The notes under the pieces are model-generated. The model had not been told where the DNA came from and made no database searches. It saw only the letters and a program-made list of their open reading frames with translations. A DNA stretch of 64,000 nt from Okamejei kenojei (taxonomy: Eukaryota). The stretch is from assembly GCA_035221665.1 (NCBI GenBank), contig CM069135.1:61442001-61506000 (forward strand), read 5' to 3'. The translations under genes were made by a program, and so were the position numbers. This document shows, in pieces, positions 1 to 12,148 of this stretch. Position 1 is the stretch's first letter; each line of letters opens with the position of its first letter.

Positions 1-1210
1 GAAAACAGGAATCAGAAGAACTATCGTACCATTGCTGTTAATCAAATATCTACTGATAAATTAGAAAAAATGGAGATGAAGCAATACCATCATGACTTCA
101 ATGAAAGTACCAGCAAGGAATCTGAAGAGATGTTGAATGAAGAGTTGAAGTTCATGGATATTATGAACTACTTAGTAAAGATTGACAGACACTATTGTCT
201 GGACTTACCTTTCAAACAAGAAAGTGTTAATTTGCCGAATAATCATCGTATGGCGGAGCAACACATCCAGAATTTGAAACGTAAGTTTGTTAAGAATACA
301 ACATTTCATGAGGAATATATATCCTTCTTACAGGATATGATTGATAATGATTATGCTGAAATGGTACCAACGAATCAACTGAATCGAGGTGATGGAGAGC
401 TCTGGTATATTCCCCACCATGGGGTGTAACACTCGAAGAAAGGACCTTGAGGGTGGTCTTTGACTGTACTGCATTCTTCAAAGGAACATCACTTAACTGT
501 CAACTACTGCAAGGTCCAGACGTTACCAACTCACTCATTGGAGTTTTCATTAAATTTAGACAAGAACCAATTGCTTTAATGGCTGATATCAGAGTGATGT
601 TTCATCAAGTGAAAGTACCAGGCGAACATATTGATGCCTGCGATTCTTATGGTGACCTGAAGGGAATGTGCAGCAAGATCTTGTTGAATACCGGATGAAG
701 GTACATCTCTTTGGAGCAGTGTCATCACCATGTTGTGCAAACTTTGCTTTAAGGAGGACCGCCGAGGACAATAAAGATTATTTTCCAGAGGAGGTAATAA
801 CCACTTTGAAAAATAATTTCTACGTGGATGATTGCTTAAAATCCATGTCAACTGAGCAGGAAGCAATTCAACATCTGACTTCCCTTTGCAATAAGGAAGG
901 ATTCACACTTTCCAAGTGAATCAGCAACAATTGTGAAAGCATTCCGATAGATGATAGAGCCAAAGAAACCAGAGAGTTGCATTTGGACAGTGAACTAAAA
1001 CCTCTCTGTAAGCCAGACAGAGAATGGCTAAAGCTTGAGCTGGGATTTGAAATCTCTGTTAATGATCCGGAAATTAAATCAAACCTAACGGTAAACTTTA
1101 TTGCTAAAAATCCTGTTATTTTCTCGAAGGATTTTCACACTTCAACATTGTTGTTACAACACATCCATGAGTTGATCGGGCATGGAGGACAAGGTTTCAT
1201 GCTATCAAAG
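1..1210 (+). mobile_element. Degraded BEL/Pao LTR-retrotransposon pol fragment (RT plus integrase zinc-finger remnant)
   Basis: Frameshifted translations give WYIPHHGV, LRVVFDC, LLQGPDVTNSLIGVFIKFRQEPIALMADIRVMFHQV, HLFGAVSSPCCANFAL and NFYVDD (Pao-type RT), then HIHELIGHGG after an internal deletion. Confidence 0.85.
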
Positions 1211-1834
1211 CTTTGGACTGTTATGTTTTGGACTATATATTGGGTTTGGTGCACACGGTATGACTTTAAACTAAAATCAGTGTTTTAATAAGATTAATAA
1301 TATCAAGTTAAGCTTGCTTCTAGAAGGCGAAAGTGAAGATGGAAAAGAGGACACTGGAAAAGTCAAAAATTTTCATTACAGTATGAGTAGCCTATTCTTT
1401 ACTTATAAAGTAAAGTATTTTTTAATTTCCTAGTGGCATATCGAAAAAAATATGGAATTATTTTTTATGGATAAATTGTACATAGTGATGCATTTGTTCT
1501 TTATGCATTGTGTATTCATTTATAAACTAAATATTTTCTCACACTAGAATGTAAATTTAATATCCTCTTTCCATCATATGAATGTAGTAGATATGCATAC
1601 CTTTATAATGAAAATATTGTAGTCATTATATTGTGAGGGTAGCAAGACACAACATCTCAGGAGACGTGCTTCGCCAACTTTAATATTAATCAGTTTTATT
1701 TATTAATGTTCATCCTTCAGTTCTTAAATTAAATTTATGTTGGGACCTATTGAATGCATTGGGAACATTATTCACTTCTGTCGATCATTAATTTATTCCA
1801 TGTAAGGAATGCTGTTGGTTCCTATCTACCCTCC

Positions 1835-2372
1835 TGTCAAAGTTTGTTTCTTAAAAAGCAGATAGCAACAAAAACTGTTAAAGGTAAACTGTGGCAATCT
1901 TTAATTGATTTATCAGATGGGAGTGGCAAAGATCTACAATGAGCACAAACGTTGCTCGGTGCTTCTCTGTCTCCCACTCACAGAACAAAGAAGAGTTAGC
2001 ACAATTATACATTTTCCTTATCAGTAAAACAATCCTACCAAGTCTGAATATGGCATGACTGAAAGATTCTGTAGCCTTTCAGAATATAAGAGAAGTTGGG
2101 TCCAAATCAAACACATTACTTATCTCTGAGCATCAGCTATTTTTTCAATCTTGGCTTCTTTATGGCCTTGAATGAAGCACATGTTATTACTGCAGGCTGC
2201 CATCTTAATGTATTTAATGAAAGGACAACCTGTCCTCCATATTGTGTTCCATATAATTTACAAAGTCATTCAGACTTGGCACAGCCATTGTTTTGTTTTA
2301 CTAGACCATGCTTTTGTAGAAGAACGACTCCATTTTAGATTTGACTATTAGATTTGACTATTAGCTCTTTCA
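1835..2372 (-). repeat. 3' LTR of the ERV
   Basis: Minus strand reads TGAAAGAG...CTTTGACA. About 17 mismatches to the other LTR in ~270 bp compared by eye. ATTAAA on minus near 1900. Confidence 0.93.
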
Positions 2373-2385
2373 TTCCCTCCTTTTT
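2373..2385 (-). promoter_or_regulatory. Polypurine tract of the ERV
   Basis: AAAAAGGAGGGAA immediately upstream of the 3' LTR on the minus strand. Confidence 0.85.
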
Positions 2386-2389
2386 ATCA

Positions 2390-2580
2390 AACGTGATAAC
2401 ATTCACAGTCCTCTGTAGGTACACACAATGGTCGCAAGTATTAGAGCAATGATTAGCAGAATGATAGAGCCATAATGTATCACAGTACCCAAAAGTCCAC
2501 CAAACCAAAGGTATGGCTACCAGTTCAATAGTACCCCGAAGTCTATCAAACCAGTGGCATGGCAACCAGTTCTCACTCTC
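2390..2580 (-). pseudogene. env remnant (Trp-rich membrane-proximal region and transmembrane helix)
   Basis: Minus-strand translation LNW*PYLWFGGLLGTVIHYGSIILLIIALILATIVCTYRGL* just before the PPT. Confidence 0.6.
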
Positions 2581-3306
2581 TTCATTGACAACCACCCTGA
2601 TGAAGCTTGTTTAGGGTCGATGGTTCAGGTGCCACCTGTAGGCGGTGTAATCCTTTCAGCCGATATTGGGGTTGTGCCATAAAGTACGCACCTGTCCGAG
2701 GGTGTTGCCAGTCTCTTCGTAGATCGTTGCACAGGTGCTCCCGCCCCTCTTGTCCTGTGGTGGGGTTCATCACCTTTAGCTAGGCGCTAGCATATCCATG
2801 GGTTTGGACAGCATCTCCACCCAGTAGGTTTGGGTGGCCTGCTTCCACATCACCACGTAGAAGCGGCTGCTGGACTAGAAGCCAAAGACAAAGCCAGCGT
2901 AGATTGCAGTCTGAGTTAATGTAGTAGGTGCCACTGAAGTTGATGGCATTGAACTCCACAAATCCGTCAGCAAGGCCAGGGTCATAGTTGGTGGTCTGCA
3001 GTAACTCCCTGCCCTTGTTGCACACCACCCAGTTAGGAATGATCTGCACCGTCCCCTTTGGAACTTCCTCAGGTCAGTCTCACTGATGGCGCTATTCTCA
3101 TGGCACATGTCATAGATATCTGGGATATTGTTGTCAAAGTCGTCCTTGCAGTTGCTCCTCTGTTGTCACCATCGGCATCGATCTGGTCAGGGTTGGGAAC
3201 AAAACGGCAATTGTCCTTCTCATCAGAAACTTCATAATTGCCATCCTCATCAATGTCCTGATTGTCATCACACTGATTACCCACCAGTTCTGAGTCATTG
3301 TCTTCC
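2580..3306 (-). pseudogene. Processed fragment of a subgroup A thrombospondin (THBS1/THBS2-like): type-3 repeats and C-terminal domain
   Basis: [112 protein letters not shown] and FIRVVVNE. Contiguous, with frameshifts and stops. Confidence 0.9.
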
Positions 3307-3319
3307 TAGATAGGGTTAT

Positions 3320-3495
3320 GCATAACCTCTTTCAAGAGGTCCATCTGTTTCATAATGTTCAGCTTCTCTCTCTCTCTAGACCCTTGGTCATACGATAGAA
3401 CTCAAAATGCATCAAGATTGTTGATCAAATGTGGTTTGTCTTTCCGAAGTTGTGACCAATGCTTTGCACTTCCTCCTGATCTGTAAATATGTTCT
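3320..3495 (-). pseudogene. CRACR2A/CRACR2B/RAB44-family mRNA fragment (3' piece)
   Basis: FTDQEEVQSI(W)SQLRKDKPHLINNLDAF and EFYRMTKGLEREKLNIMKQMDLLKE resemble recalled CRACR2A segments LWLQLKKEEPHLLSNFEDF and [25 protein letters not shown]. Confidence 0.6.
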
Positions 3496-3496
3496 T

Positions 3497-4410
3497 TCTT
3501 CTGTATGGATTAGCTTTAAATGGCGTTGCAGGTAGCGATCAACCACAAACACCTTGTTACCTCCTGGGTGGAGGCAAGGTCTTTCATGCACCTCTTCATG
3601 CTGCTCTTTTATATGTTTCTTAAGTCCGTCAACTCCTCTGTTAACAGCACAGCAACCCTTATACTGATATCGATACATGATGGGGAAATCTTCCCTTTCC
3701 AAGTTTGACTTTGGTTTCCGGACACGTTTTTGTCCAGATTATTTCTTCACATCCTTAATATTGCACATCTAAACTGGTAACTTACTCTTCTTCTTCCAAT
3801 ATGATTGAAAAGACTCATCTGAAGAACCATTCTTAACTTTTATTTCTCTGTCATCTTCACTTGATAAATACCTTTCAGAAAGATCACTGGACTCCAATCC
3901 ATCCACAACATAATTTCTTATAGAACAAGATGCTTTATTGCAGTTAACTTTTTTTCCACATTTAATGGTTGAGTTGCATCTTGTACCTGACCTTTTTCCC
4001 AAGAGCACTCTGTATTTTCAGGATCTGAACGCAAGAACATATCCTTCTTCAATGGGGGTTCCGAGTTGTCCACATTCACCGACTGCGAAGTGGCTCCACT
4101 GTATGTACAAGGCTGAAAGTCTGCTAACACTGGGACAGGTTGATGCTTCGCAACATTATCATCCTCACCATTTTCAGTCACTGTTCCATTCTGAGGTGAA
4201 AGGGTTATTAACCATCCAGAACTTCCTCTATTGAGTTCTTATTTCTACTGGATGGGCACTGTCCCTCATTCAAAACAATGTTGTGACTTGAATGCATGTC
4301 CAGGATGTAACTGTGGCCTTCTGTCATCAGAGTTCTGAACAGTGCTTCCAATTGCTAGGATTCTGCATGATTCACCTCTACCCCATTGCAGACATTGGAA
4401 CTGGTGTGCT
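3497..4410 (-). pseudogene. ZNF276: Processed ZNF276 fragment (central region plus C2H2 fingers 1-2)
   Basis: EREDFPIMYRYQYKGCCAVNRGVDGLKKHIKEQHEEVHERPCLHPGGNKVFVVDRYLQRHLKLIHTE matches recalled ZNF276 fingers 1-2. Upstream TSSQCL and GHSYILD motifs also fit. No introns; frameshifted. Confidence 0.85.
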
Positions 4411-4587
4411 ATAATGCTCAGAACTATATTCTCCACACTAACCTTTCCTTTGCTCTACCTATTTTAGGTGAGCCTGGCTTGATTGCATTTATTCATAACC
4501 ATATAACCATATAACAATTACAGCACGGAGACAGGCCCTCTCGGCCCTTCCAGTCCGTGCCGACCATTTGTTTTCCCCTAGTCCCAT

Positions 4588-7497
4588 CTACCTGCACTCA
4601 GACCATACCCCCTCCATTCCCTTCACGTCCATATACCTATCCACTTTACTTTTAAATGTTAAAATCGATCCTGCCTCCACCACCTCTGCCGGAAGCTCAT
4701 TCCACACAGCCACCACCCTCTGAGTAAAGAAGTTCCCCCTCACGTTACCCCTAAACTTCTGTCCCTTAATTCTCATGTCATGTGCCCTCTTGTTTGAATC
4801 TTCCCTACCCTCAATGGGAAAAGCTTATCCACGTCAACTCTGTCTATCCCTTTCATCATTTTAAAGACCTCAATCAAGTCCCCCTTAACCTTCTGCGCTC
4901 CAAAGAATAAAGACCCTAACTTGTTCAAACCTTTCTCTGTAACATAGTTGCTGAACCCTGGCAACATTCTAGTAAATCTCCTCTGTACTCTCTCTATTTT
5001 GTTGACATCCTTCCTATAACTAGGCGACCAAAATTGTACACCATACTCCAGAATTGGTCTTACCAATGCCTTGTACAATTTTAACATTACTTCCCTACTC
5101 CTATATTCAATGCTCTGATTTTATAAAGGCCAGCACACCAAAGGCTTTCTTTACCACCCTAATCTACATGCGATTCCACCTTCAGGAACTATGCACAGTT
5201 ATTCCTAGATCCCTCTGTTCCACAGCATTCCTCAATTCCCAACCATTTACCATGTACGTCCTATTTTGATTTGTCCTGCCAAGATGTAGCACTTCACACT
5301 TATCAGCATTAAACTCCATCTGCCATCTTTCAGCCCACTTTTCCAAATGGCCCAAATCTCTCTGTAGACTTTGAGAATCTACTTCATTATCCACAATACC
5401 ACCTATCTTAGTATCATCTGCATACTTACTTATCCAATTTTCCACCCCATCATCCAGATCATTGATGTACATGACAAACAACAGTGGACCCAACACAGAT
5501 CCCTGAGGCACCCCACTGGTCACCGGCTTCCAACCTGACAAACAGCCATCCACCATTACTCTCTGACATCTCCCATTCAGCCACTGTTGAATCCATCTTG
5601 CTACTCCGCCATTAACACCCAAAGATTGAACCTTCTGAACCAACCTTCCATGGGGAAACCTTGTCAAAGGCCTTACTGAAATCCATATAGACAGCATCCA
5701 CTGCTTTTACCCTCATCAATTTCCCTAGTTACCGCTTCAAAAAAATTCAAGAAGGTTTGTCCAAACATGACCTTCCAGGCACAAATCCATGTTGACTGTT
5801 CCTGATCAGACCCTGTTTATCCAGATGCTTATATATATTATCTCTAAGTATCCTTTCCATTAATTTGCCCACCACTGACGTCAAACTAATAGGTCTATAA
5901 TTGCTAGGTTTATTCGTTTGAACCCTTTTTAAACAATGGAACAACATGCGCAGTACGCCAATCCTCCGGCACTATTCCCGTTTCTAATGACATTTGAAAT
6001 ATTTCTGTCATAGCTCCTGCTATTTCTACACTAACTTCCCTCAATGTCCTAGGGAATATCCTGTCAGGACCTGGAGACTTATCCACCTTTATATTTTTCA
6101 AAAGTGTCAGTACTTCCTCCTCTTTGAATCTCATAGTTTCCATAGCTAACTCTACTTTTTTTCCCTTACCTCACAGAGTTCAATATCCTTCTCCTTGGTG
6201 AATACCGAAGAAAAGAAATTGTTCAATATCTCCCCCATCTCTTTTTGGCTCTGCAGATAGCTGTCCATTCTGGTTCTCTAATGGTCCAATTTTATCCCTC
6301 GTTATCCTTTTGCTATTAATATAGCTGTAGAAACCCTTTGGATTTACTTTTCACCTTTCTTGCCAAAGCAACCTCATATCTTCTTTTAGCATTCCTAATT
6401 TCTTTCTTAAGATTCTTTTTACATTCTTTATACTCCTCTAGCACCTCATTTACTCCATGCCTCCTATAATTCTTGTAGATATCTCTCTTTTTTCGAAACG
6501 TGTCTAATTTCCCTTGAAAACCATGGCTCTTTCCAATTTTTACTATTTCCTTTCAACCTAACAGGGACATAAAGATTCTGTACTCTTACAATTTCCCCTT
6601 TAAATGTCCTCCATTTCTCTTCTACATCCTTCCCATGAAACAAAGTGTCCCAATTCACCCTTTTAAAATCCTCACGCATTCCCTCAAAGTTAGCCTTTCT
6701 CCAATCAAAAATCTCCACTCTAGGTCCTGTTCTGACTCACTCCATAATTATATTGAAACTAATGGTATTGTGATCACTGGTCCCGAAGTGCTCACCAACG
6801 CAAACCTCCGTCACCTGTCCTGCCTCATTTCCTAACAGGAGGTCCAGCACTGCCCCTTCTCTGATCGGTACCTCTATGTACTGCTGCAAAAAACTATCCT
6901 GCACACATTTTACAAACTCCAAACCATCCAGCCCATTTACAGAATGTGTTTCCCAGTCTATTTTTGGGAAATTGAAATCTCCCACAATCACTACCTTGTG
7001 CTTACTACTAATATCTGCTATCATCCTTACATATTTGCTCTTCCAATTCTCGCTCCCCATTTGGCGGTCCTATAGTACACCCCTAAAAGTGTTGCTACAC
7101 CGTTCCCACTTCTCAGTTCCACCCAAATAGCCTCCCTAGACGAACCCTCTAATCTATCCTGCCAAAGCACTGCTGTAATATCCTCTCTGACAAGCAGTGC
7201 AACACCTCCACCTCTGGTCCCTCCAATTCTATCACCCCGGAAGCAACAAAATCCTGGAATATTTAGTTTCCAATCACAGCCCTCCTGCAACCATGTTTCA
7301 CTGATTGCCACAACATCATATTTCCAGGTGTCAATCCAGGGTCTAAGTTCATCCACCTTACTTACAATGCTCCTAGCATTAAAATATGCACATTTTATAA
7401 ACCCACCATCCTTTATTCTCTGTCTATTATCTTTTTCATCTTTCTCGCCTACATTTTGGGTCCGAGTGCTTCCCTTCTCTGGCCTCTTGCCCCACAC
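4588..7497 (-). pseudogene. CR1 ORF2 (APE endonuclease plus reverse transcriptase), frameshifted
   Basis: NARSI, ISETWL, IVGDFNFP, GTSDH, KSPGPD, NYRPISLTS, SGVPQGSVLGPLLF, YADDTK and LYKALVRP. Confidence 0.92.
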
Positions 7498-7499
7498 CC

Positions 7500-8582
7500 T
7501 GTCCCCTAGCCCCCTCTACCCGAGTCCCTCCCCCCAGCCTTTCTAGTTTAAAGTCTCCCCAGTAGCCTTTGCAAATCTCCCTGCCAGGATATTGGTCCCC
7601 TTCGGGTTCAAGTGCAACCCGTCCTCTGCGTACAGATCATGCCTTCCCCAAAAGAGGTCCCAGTGATCAAGAAACTTGAATCGCTGCCCACTGCACCAGT
7701 CCCTCAGCCACGCATTTAGCCTCTACCTCATTTCATTCCTACTCTCACTGTCACGCGGCACAGGCAGTAATCCTGAAATCGTTACCCTTTTGGTCCTTCT
7801 CTTTAACTTTCCCCCCAACTCCCTAAATTCTCCCTTCAGGACCTCGTCACTTTTTCTGCCTATGTCATTGGTACCTATGTGTACCACAACATCAGGCTCC
7901 TCTCCCTCCCTTATCAGAATCTTTTGGACACGTTCTGACACATGCGAGACCCTGGCACCAGGGAGGCAAACTACCATCCGGGTCTCCCGACTGCGTCCAC
8001 AGAATCGCCTATCCGACCCCCTAACTATAGAGTCCCCTATTACAATTGCCCTCCTCTTTTTGCTACCCTTCTGAGCATCAGGGCCGGTCTCTGTGCTGGA
8101 GGCCCGGCCGCTGTTGCTGCCCCAGCTAGGCTGTCCCCTCCAATCGTACTCAAACCCGAGTACCTATTTTCCAGTTGTACGGTTACAGGGGTACTCTCTA
8201 GCCCCTGCCTCTGCCCCTTGCCCTTCCTAACCGTGACCCACTTGTCTGCCTCCTGTGGTCTGGGAGTGACTACCTCCCTGTAGCTCCTCTCTATGACCTC
8301 CTCACTCTCCCTGACCAGACGGAGGTCGTCGAGCTGCTGCTCCAGGTTCCTAACACGATCCTTTAGGAGCCCCATCTCGACACACCTGGCGCAGATGTGT
8401 ACGTCTGGAGGGCTATCAGATTCCCTGACCTCCCACATCTGACATCCAGAATAGTACACTTCCCTGGCCTTCATACTGCCGCCCTTACACAGGATACAAT
8501 AGCAACACAATAATAAAATCACTGCCAAACTGCTGGGATCTGACTGTAAATCAGCTCCTTTCCCTAGTCCACTTCCCACCAA
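7500..8582 (-). pseudogene. CR1 ORF1 (zinc finger/leucine zipper plus SGNH esterase), frameshifted
   Basis: GCQMWEV...HICARC, VRNLEQQLDDL, IVIGDSIVRG and VVVHIGTNDIG. Confidence 0.85.
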
Positions 8583-8670
8583 TCAGCTGCTTTCCCTAGT
8601 CCACTTCCCACCAATCAGCGGCTTCCTCAAAAAAACCCACTTCTCCAAATGGAATGTTATGGATTTTGGT

Positions 8671-9137
8671 AAAAACAAGCCCCGCGCTTGATTTTTAAAG
8701 CTTACCGGTCGGGTGTCGCTCCTCCCCCTCCTCCTCTTCCAACGGCTCCTGTGGGCCTCTGAAAAAACAAGCCCCGCGCTTGATTTTATAGCTTACCGGT
8801 CGGGTGTCGCTCCTCCCCCTCCTCCTCTTCCAACGGCTCCTGTGGGCCTCTGAAAAAAAAACAAGCCCCGCGCTTGATTTATAGCTTACCGGTCGGGTGC
8901 GCTCTCCTCCCCCTCCTCCCTCTTCCAACGGCTCCTGTGGGCCTCTGAAAAAAACAAGCCCCGCGCTTGATTTTTGTAGCTTACCGGTCGGATGTCGCTC
9001 CTCCCCCTCCTCCTCTTCCAACGGCTCCTGTGGGGCCTCTGAAAAAAAAAACAAGCCCCGCGCTTGATTTTATAGCTTACCGGTCGGGTGTCGCTCCTCC
9101 CCTCCTCCTCTTCCAACGGCTCCTGTGGGCCTCTGAA
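8671..9137 (-). repeat. Five tandem ~90-bp CpG-rich monomers in the CR1 5' UTR
   Basis: Unit aaaacaagccccgcgcttga...ggctcctgtgggcctctg starts near 8671, 8762, 8853, 8948 and 9042. Confidence 0.92.
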
Positions 9138-9139
9138 AG

Positions 9140-9533
9140 GATCATGTTAATCCTTTGTGTCTTGCTGACATTGAAAAAGGGTGCAAGATTCTTTAGACTC
9201 ATCATTTAGCTGTTGCATAACTATGAACTGGGTTCCTGCTTAATTAATGTTTCTATACTTAGCTGACGATTCAATTTCAATAGGTTTGTTTTTATCTGTA
9301 TTCAAGGAATGAACCATAGACATATGAGCATTCAAATTACGAGCCTTCTCAAACCGCTTCTCACATTGGTCACAAGCAAATTCAAGTTCAGCTTCTGCCT
9401 TGGTAGTTCAAGGATGCTCTTTGCCTGCACTAGAATCCACAAACTTTACACTTCAAAGGTTTTGCTCCAGTATAGCTCTTTTGTTGATTTGTTTGAAAGT
9501 CTGTCCACATTCATCACAAATGTAGTTTCTTTT
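9140..9533 (-). pseudogene. ZNF276: Processed ZNF276 fragment (C2H2 fingers 3-5 and C-terminus)
   Basis: KRNYICDECGQTFKQ, TGAKPLKCKVCGF*CRQRASLNY and KAEAELEFACDQCEKRFEKARNLNAHMSMVHSL match the recalled ZNF276 C-terminus. Confidence 0.87.
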
Positions 9534-9547
9534 CACAAATCGAGTCA

Positions 9548-9665
9548 TTCTTTCTCCCAAGTTGTCCATCAGCATGTGAAACCAGCATTCTTCTTCCTTC
9601 TCCATCAATGCCAACTGGCTGTCTGATCTATCCCAACTCAGCTCCTCACTTTGATCCCAGCTGGG
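9548..9665 (-). pseudogene. CRACR2-family mRNA fragment (5' piece)
   Basis: SEELSWDRSDSQLALMEKEEECWFHMLMDNLGER resembles recalled CRACR2A GDMGEDEEAQFRMLMDRLGAQ, which directly precedes the segment matched at 3495. Confidence 0.58.
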
Positions 9666-10029
9666 ATTTACCTCAATCCAGTTCTGTAACTGAGTTGCAC
9701 TCCAAAATCAAGGCTTTTCAACTCCACAACCTGATTGCTCTCCTTCAGCTGCTGTGAGATGGTCATTTTCAGACTGGGCATTGGTGAGCACATTTCTCAT
9801 CACGTTTCAGCTCGGTCTGTAGCTCGGTCTGCCACCTTTTCTGGTTACTTCAAGAACCTGTGGTAATGGATCCATCTTAGTCAATGTTATAAACGTAGGG
9901 ACAGTTGTCAGCCTTATTCAGGACATCTTGGTGCAGGGGTGTTTCCCCAAGTCCAGCTCATCTTGGCCAACCTCAGGATAAAAAGTAGGGTCAATAGCCC
10001 CATTGTCCTTTCTTGGTTCTCCTCCATTT

Positions 10030-10330
10030 ACAGTCAATCGTATCAGATGTCTCCAATGGGAGTAATCTTCAATCTTCACGGCGGTTGGTGTCGTAGTAGC
10101 ACCTGGTACAGTCCCCTCCAACATAGTCCCAATTTTGTCCGATGCCGGTAGTATGGACTGTGTCTGCGTTCAACTGGCAGTGGCTTCTGCGTTTTCAACC
10201 CCTGTGAATGCAAGACAAGGTTGTGCATAATTGCTGTGCATATGTAATTAATTAATCGCTGAGGGCCTGTAGGTCATAACTAACTTCCACACTCTTTAGA
10301 GTCCTATTCATTCCCTCCACTAATTCAGAA
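10030..10330 (-). pseudogene. Retroviral pol integrase C-terminal remnant
   Basis: CWRGLYQVLL(T)TPTAVKIEDYSHWRH (one frameshift) matches the class I retroviral WxGPYxVLLTTPTAVKV..W.H motif. Confidence 0.8.
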
Positions 10331-10719
10331 TTCTACTGGCAGTGGAGGATGTGAGGTCACTCTTTAACTACCTATAAGGTAGACCCTTTAAAAATAGATA
10401 ATTATATTAAAAAAACAATTTAAAATGATTCCCAATTGTTCCAATCTATCTCCCCAAATTTACAATTTCAAATAAACAGATTTTGTTCTGAGATAAATGC
10501 ATCTCCAATCTCATCTAACACCTTACCTGATTGCCACGTGGCCTTCGTGGAATTCAGATCTCTATTTGAACTCCATTCAAAAGGTAAGAAATAGGAATAA
10601 AAATAAACTTAAAGTTAAGAGAAAACAAAGAATAAACAATTAATTTTCATAGATTGCAAGCTCATTCAATGACATCCTATTTCATCTGACATGGACCATT
10701 TCGTCAAAAGGAGCATATA

Positions 10720-11020
10720 TCTATATAATTAAAAGTCTCATCTTGACCACTTCCTGTCAGCGACGTATATTGATTTTAGAAAAAATGCGACACTGTATTG
10801 CTGTGATTTTTGCCCATCTTACTCACAGTCCTCCTCCGCTGAGCTAGCCGCGAGGATTTTTCACATCAATACTAAATAAAAAGTTATGTTTAAAAAAACC
10901 TTGAGATTGGCTGATTTGTCCTCTCGCCTGTCAATAACCGTGATGAAGGTAATGCAGGGGGTCGGGGGGTCAGGAGTATAAAATCCCAGATGCCTGGACG
11001 CGAGTAAGTTTAATGTAATG
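10720..11020 (+). mobile_element. Helitron 5' fragment inserted in the ERV
   Basis: Begins a|TCTATATAATTAAAAGTCTCATCTTGACCACTTCCTG, homologous to the 5' end of the Helitron at 33984. No 3' CTAG end seen. Confidence 0.6.
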
Positions 11021-11029
11021 GTGGGTGTG

Positions 11030-11364
11030 CTAATGTTCAAAATAGGAGTGGTCTGAGCTGTGATTGGACTGTGATCCAAATTGTGATAGGCCACCTCCCC
11101 CTTCTTCTACAGACAGGGTCACCATTGCCAGACATAGGGTCTCGAGAGGACCTCGAGAAGACTTACTGGTACCGGGTTTGTTCTCCGAACTCTTATCAGC
11201 GCTTTCTTTCACTGCCTTAGCCCTTATCTCCTATTTCTCTGCCCACTGGCATTCCATCTGAAGTACTTTCCATTCTTTTAATAGTTCTGTCTTTATTCCA
11301 CAATTCAATCCCTCTTTTACAAGCATAATCCATCTAACTACTATTTTGCGTCTCCACCCACTTC

Positions 11365-11410
<46 letters not shown>

Positions 11411-11600
11411 CAGTCGTCTCCACATTCCATTTGCCTCCTACTGGTCAAGACACAATACTCAAATGTTTGGTCAATTTATAATTCAATATTCTATAATCCT
11501 TGTGGTTCTTATGAAACAGATAACACGTGTTGTACAGACGTCTTTCTGTCACTCTTATCCAAATTATTTCCATGTTTATCCAATCACAGCTTAGTACACA
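11030..11600 (-). pseudogene. gag N-terminal remnant containing a (GA)n microsatellite
   Basis: Lies after the leader and before pol. KLTKHLSIVS*PVGGKWNVET resembles the gag WP..G motif. Confidence 0.45.
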
Positions 11601-11829
11601 AATTGTAACCAACTTTTTTTAGCCTTTAAAGCCCAATCCTTTATTTGTAACAACCCTTTGCAGTCTGTAAAGCCCAATCCTGGCTACTCTCTCTGGTAGC
11701 AAATTCACAACAGACTTTTCAAAACACTGTCTCTTCAAGACACATTGTCTTTTCAATACACATCTTTTCAAGACGCCTTGTCTTTCCAATACACATTAGT
11801 GACTTATTCTTCTTTCGTGTGGCGTGCCC

Positions 11830-12148
11830 TGCAACGGACTGTTCCAGCTGCTACGGTCAGGCAAACGCCTCCGTTGCCATGCTGTGAGAACGGAGAGGAT
11901 GAGAAGGAGTTTCTTCCCAGAGGCCATTCGGACTGTAAACTCCAATCTCACCAGGGTCTAACTCTACTAACTTACTGTACCACAATGCCGCCCAAAATAT
12001 TTAATATGAAAAAAAACATGTGATTCTGTTTGTAGTTTGTTGGTTGTTTGGTTGTTTTTTGCACAAAGTCCGCAGGCACTGCCACTTTTCATTTCACTGC
12101 ACATCCCGTATGTGTATGTGACGAATAAACTTGACTTGACTTGACTTG
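11830..12148 (+). mobile_element. LINE 3' fragment (Rex1/L2-like) in the ERV leader
   Basis: RTERMRRSFFPEAIRTVN-type ORF2 end, AATAAA and a (CTTGA)n tail. Confidence 0.6.

Larger units (their letters stand above)
4495..9137 (-). mobile_element. Full-length CR1 LINE inserted into the ERV cargo
   Basis: 5' tandem monomers, ORF1, ORF2 (endonuclease and RT) and a (TTATATGG)n-like 3' tail at ~4495-4520. Confidence 0.93.

Noticed and set aside
2580-4410. Functional THBS or ZNF276 host genes
   Set aside because: Intronless, partial, frameshifted and enclosed by LTRs.
9700-9780. COMP/THBS-type oligomerisation coiled coil
   Set aside because: Similarity is weak, and the captured THBS is subgroup A, whose coil differs.
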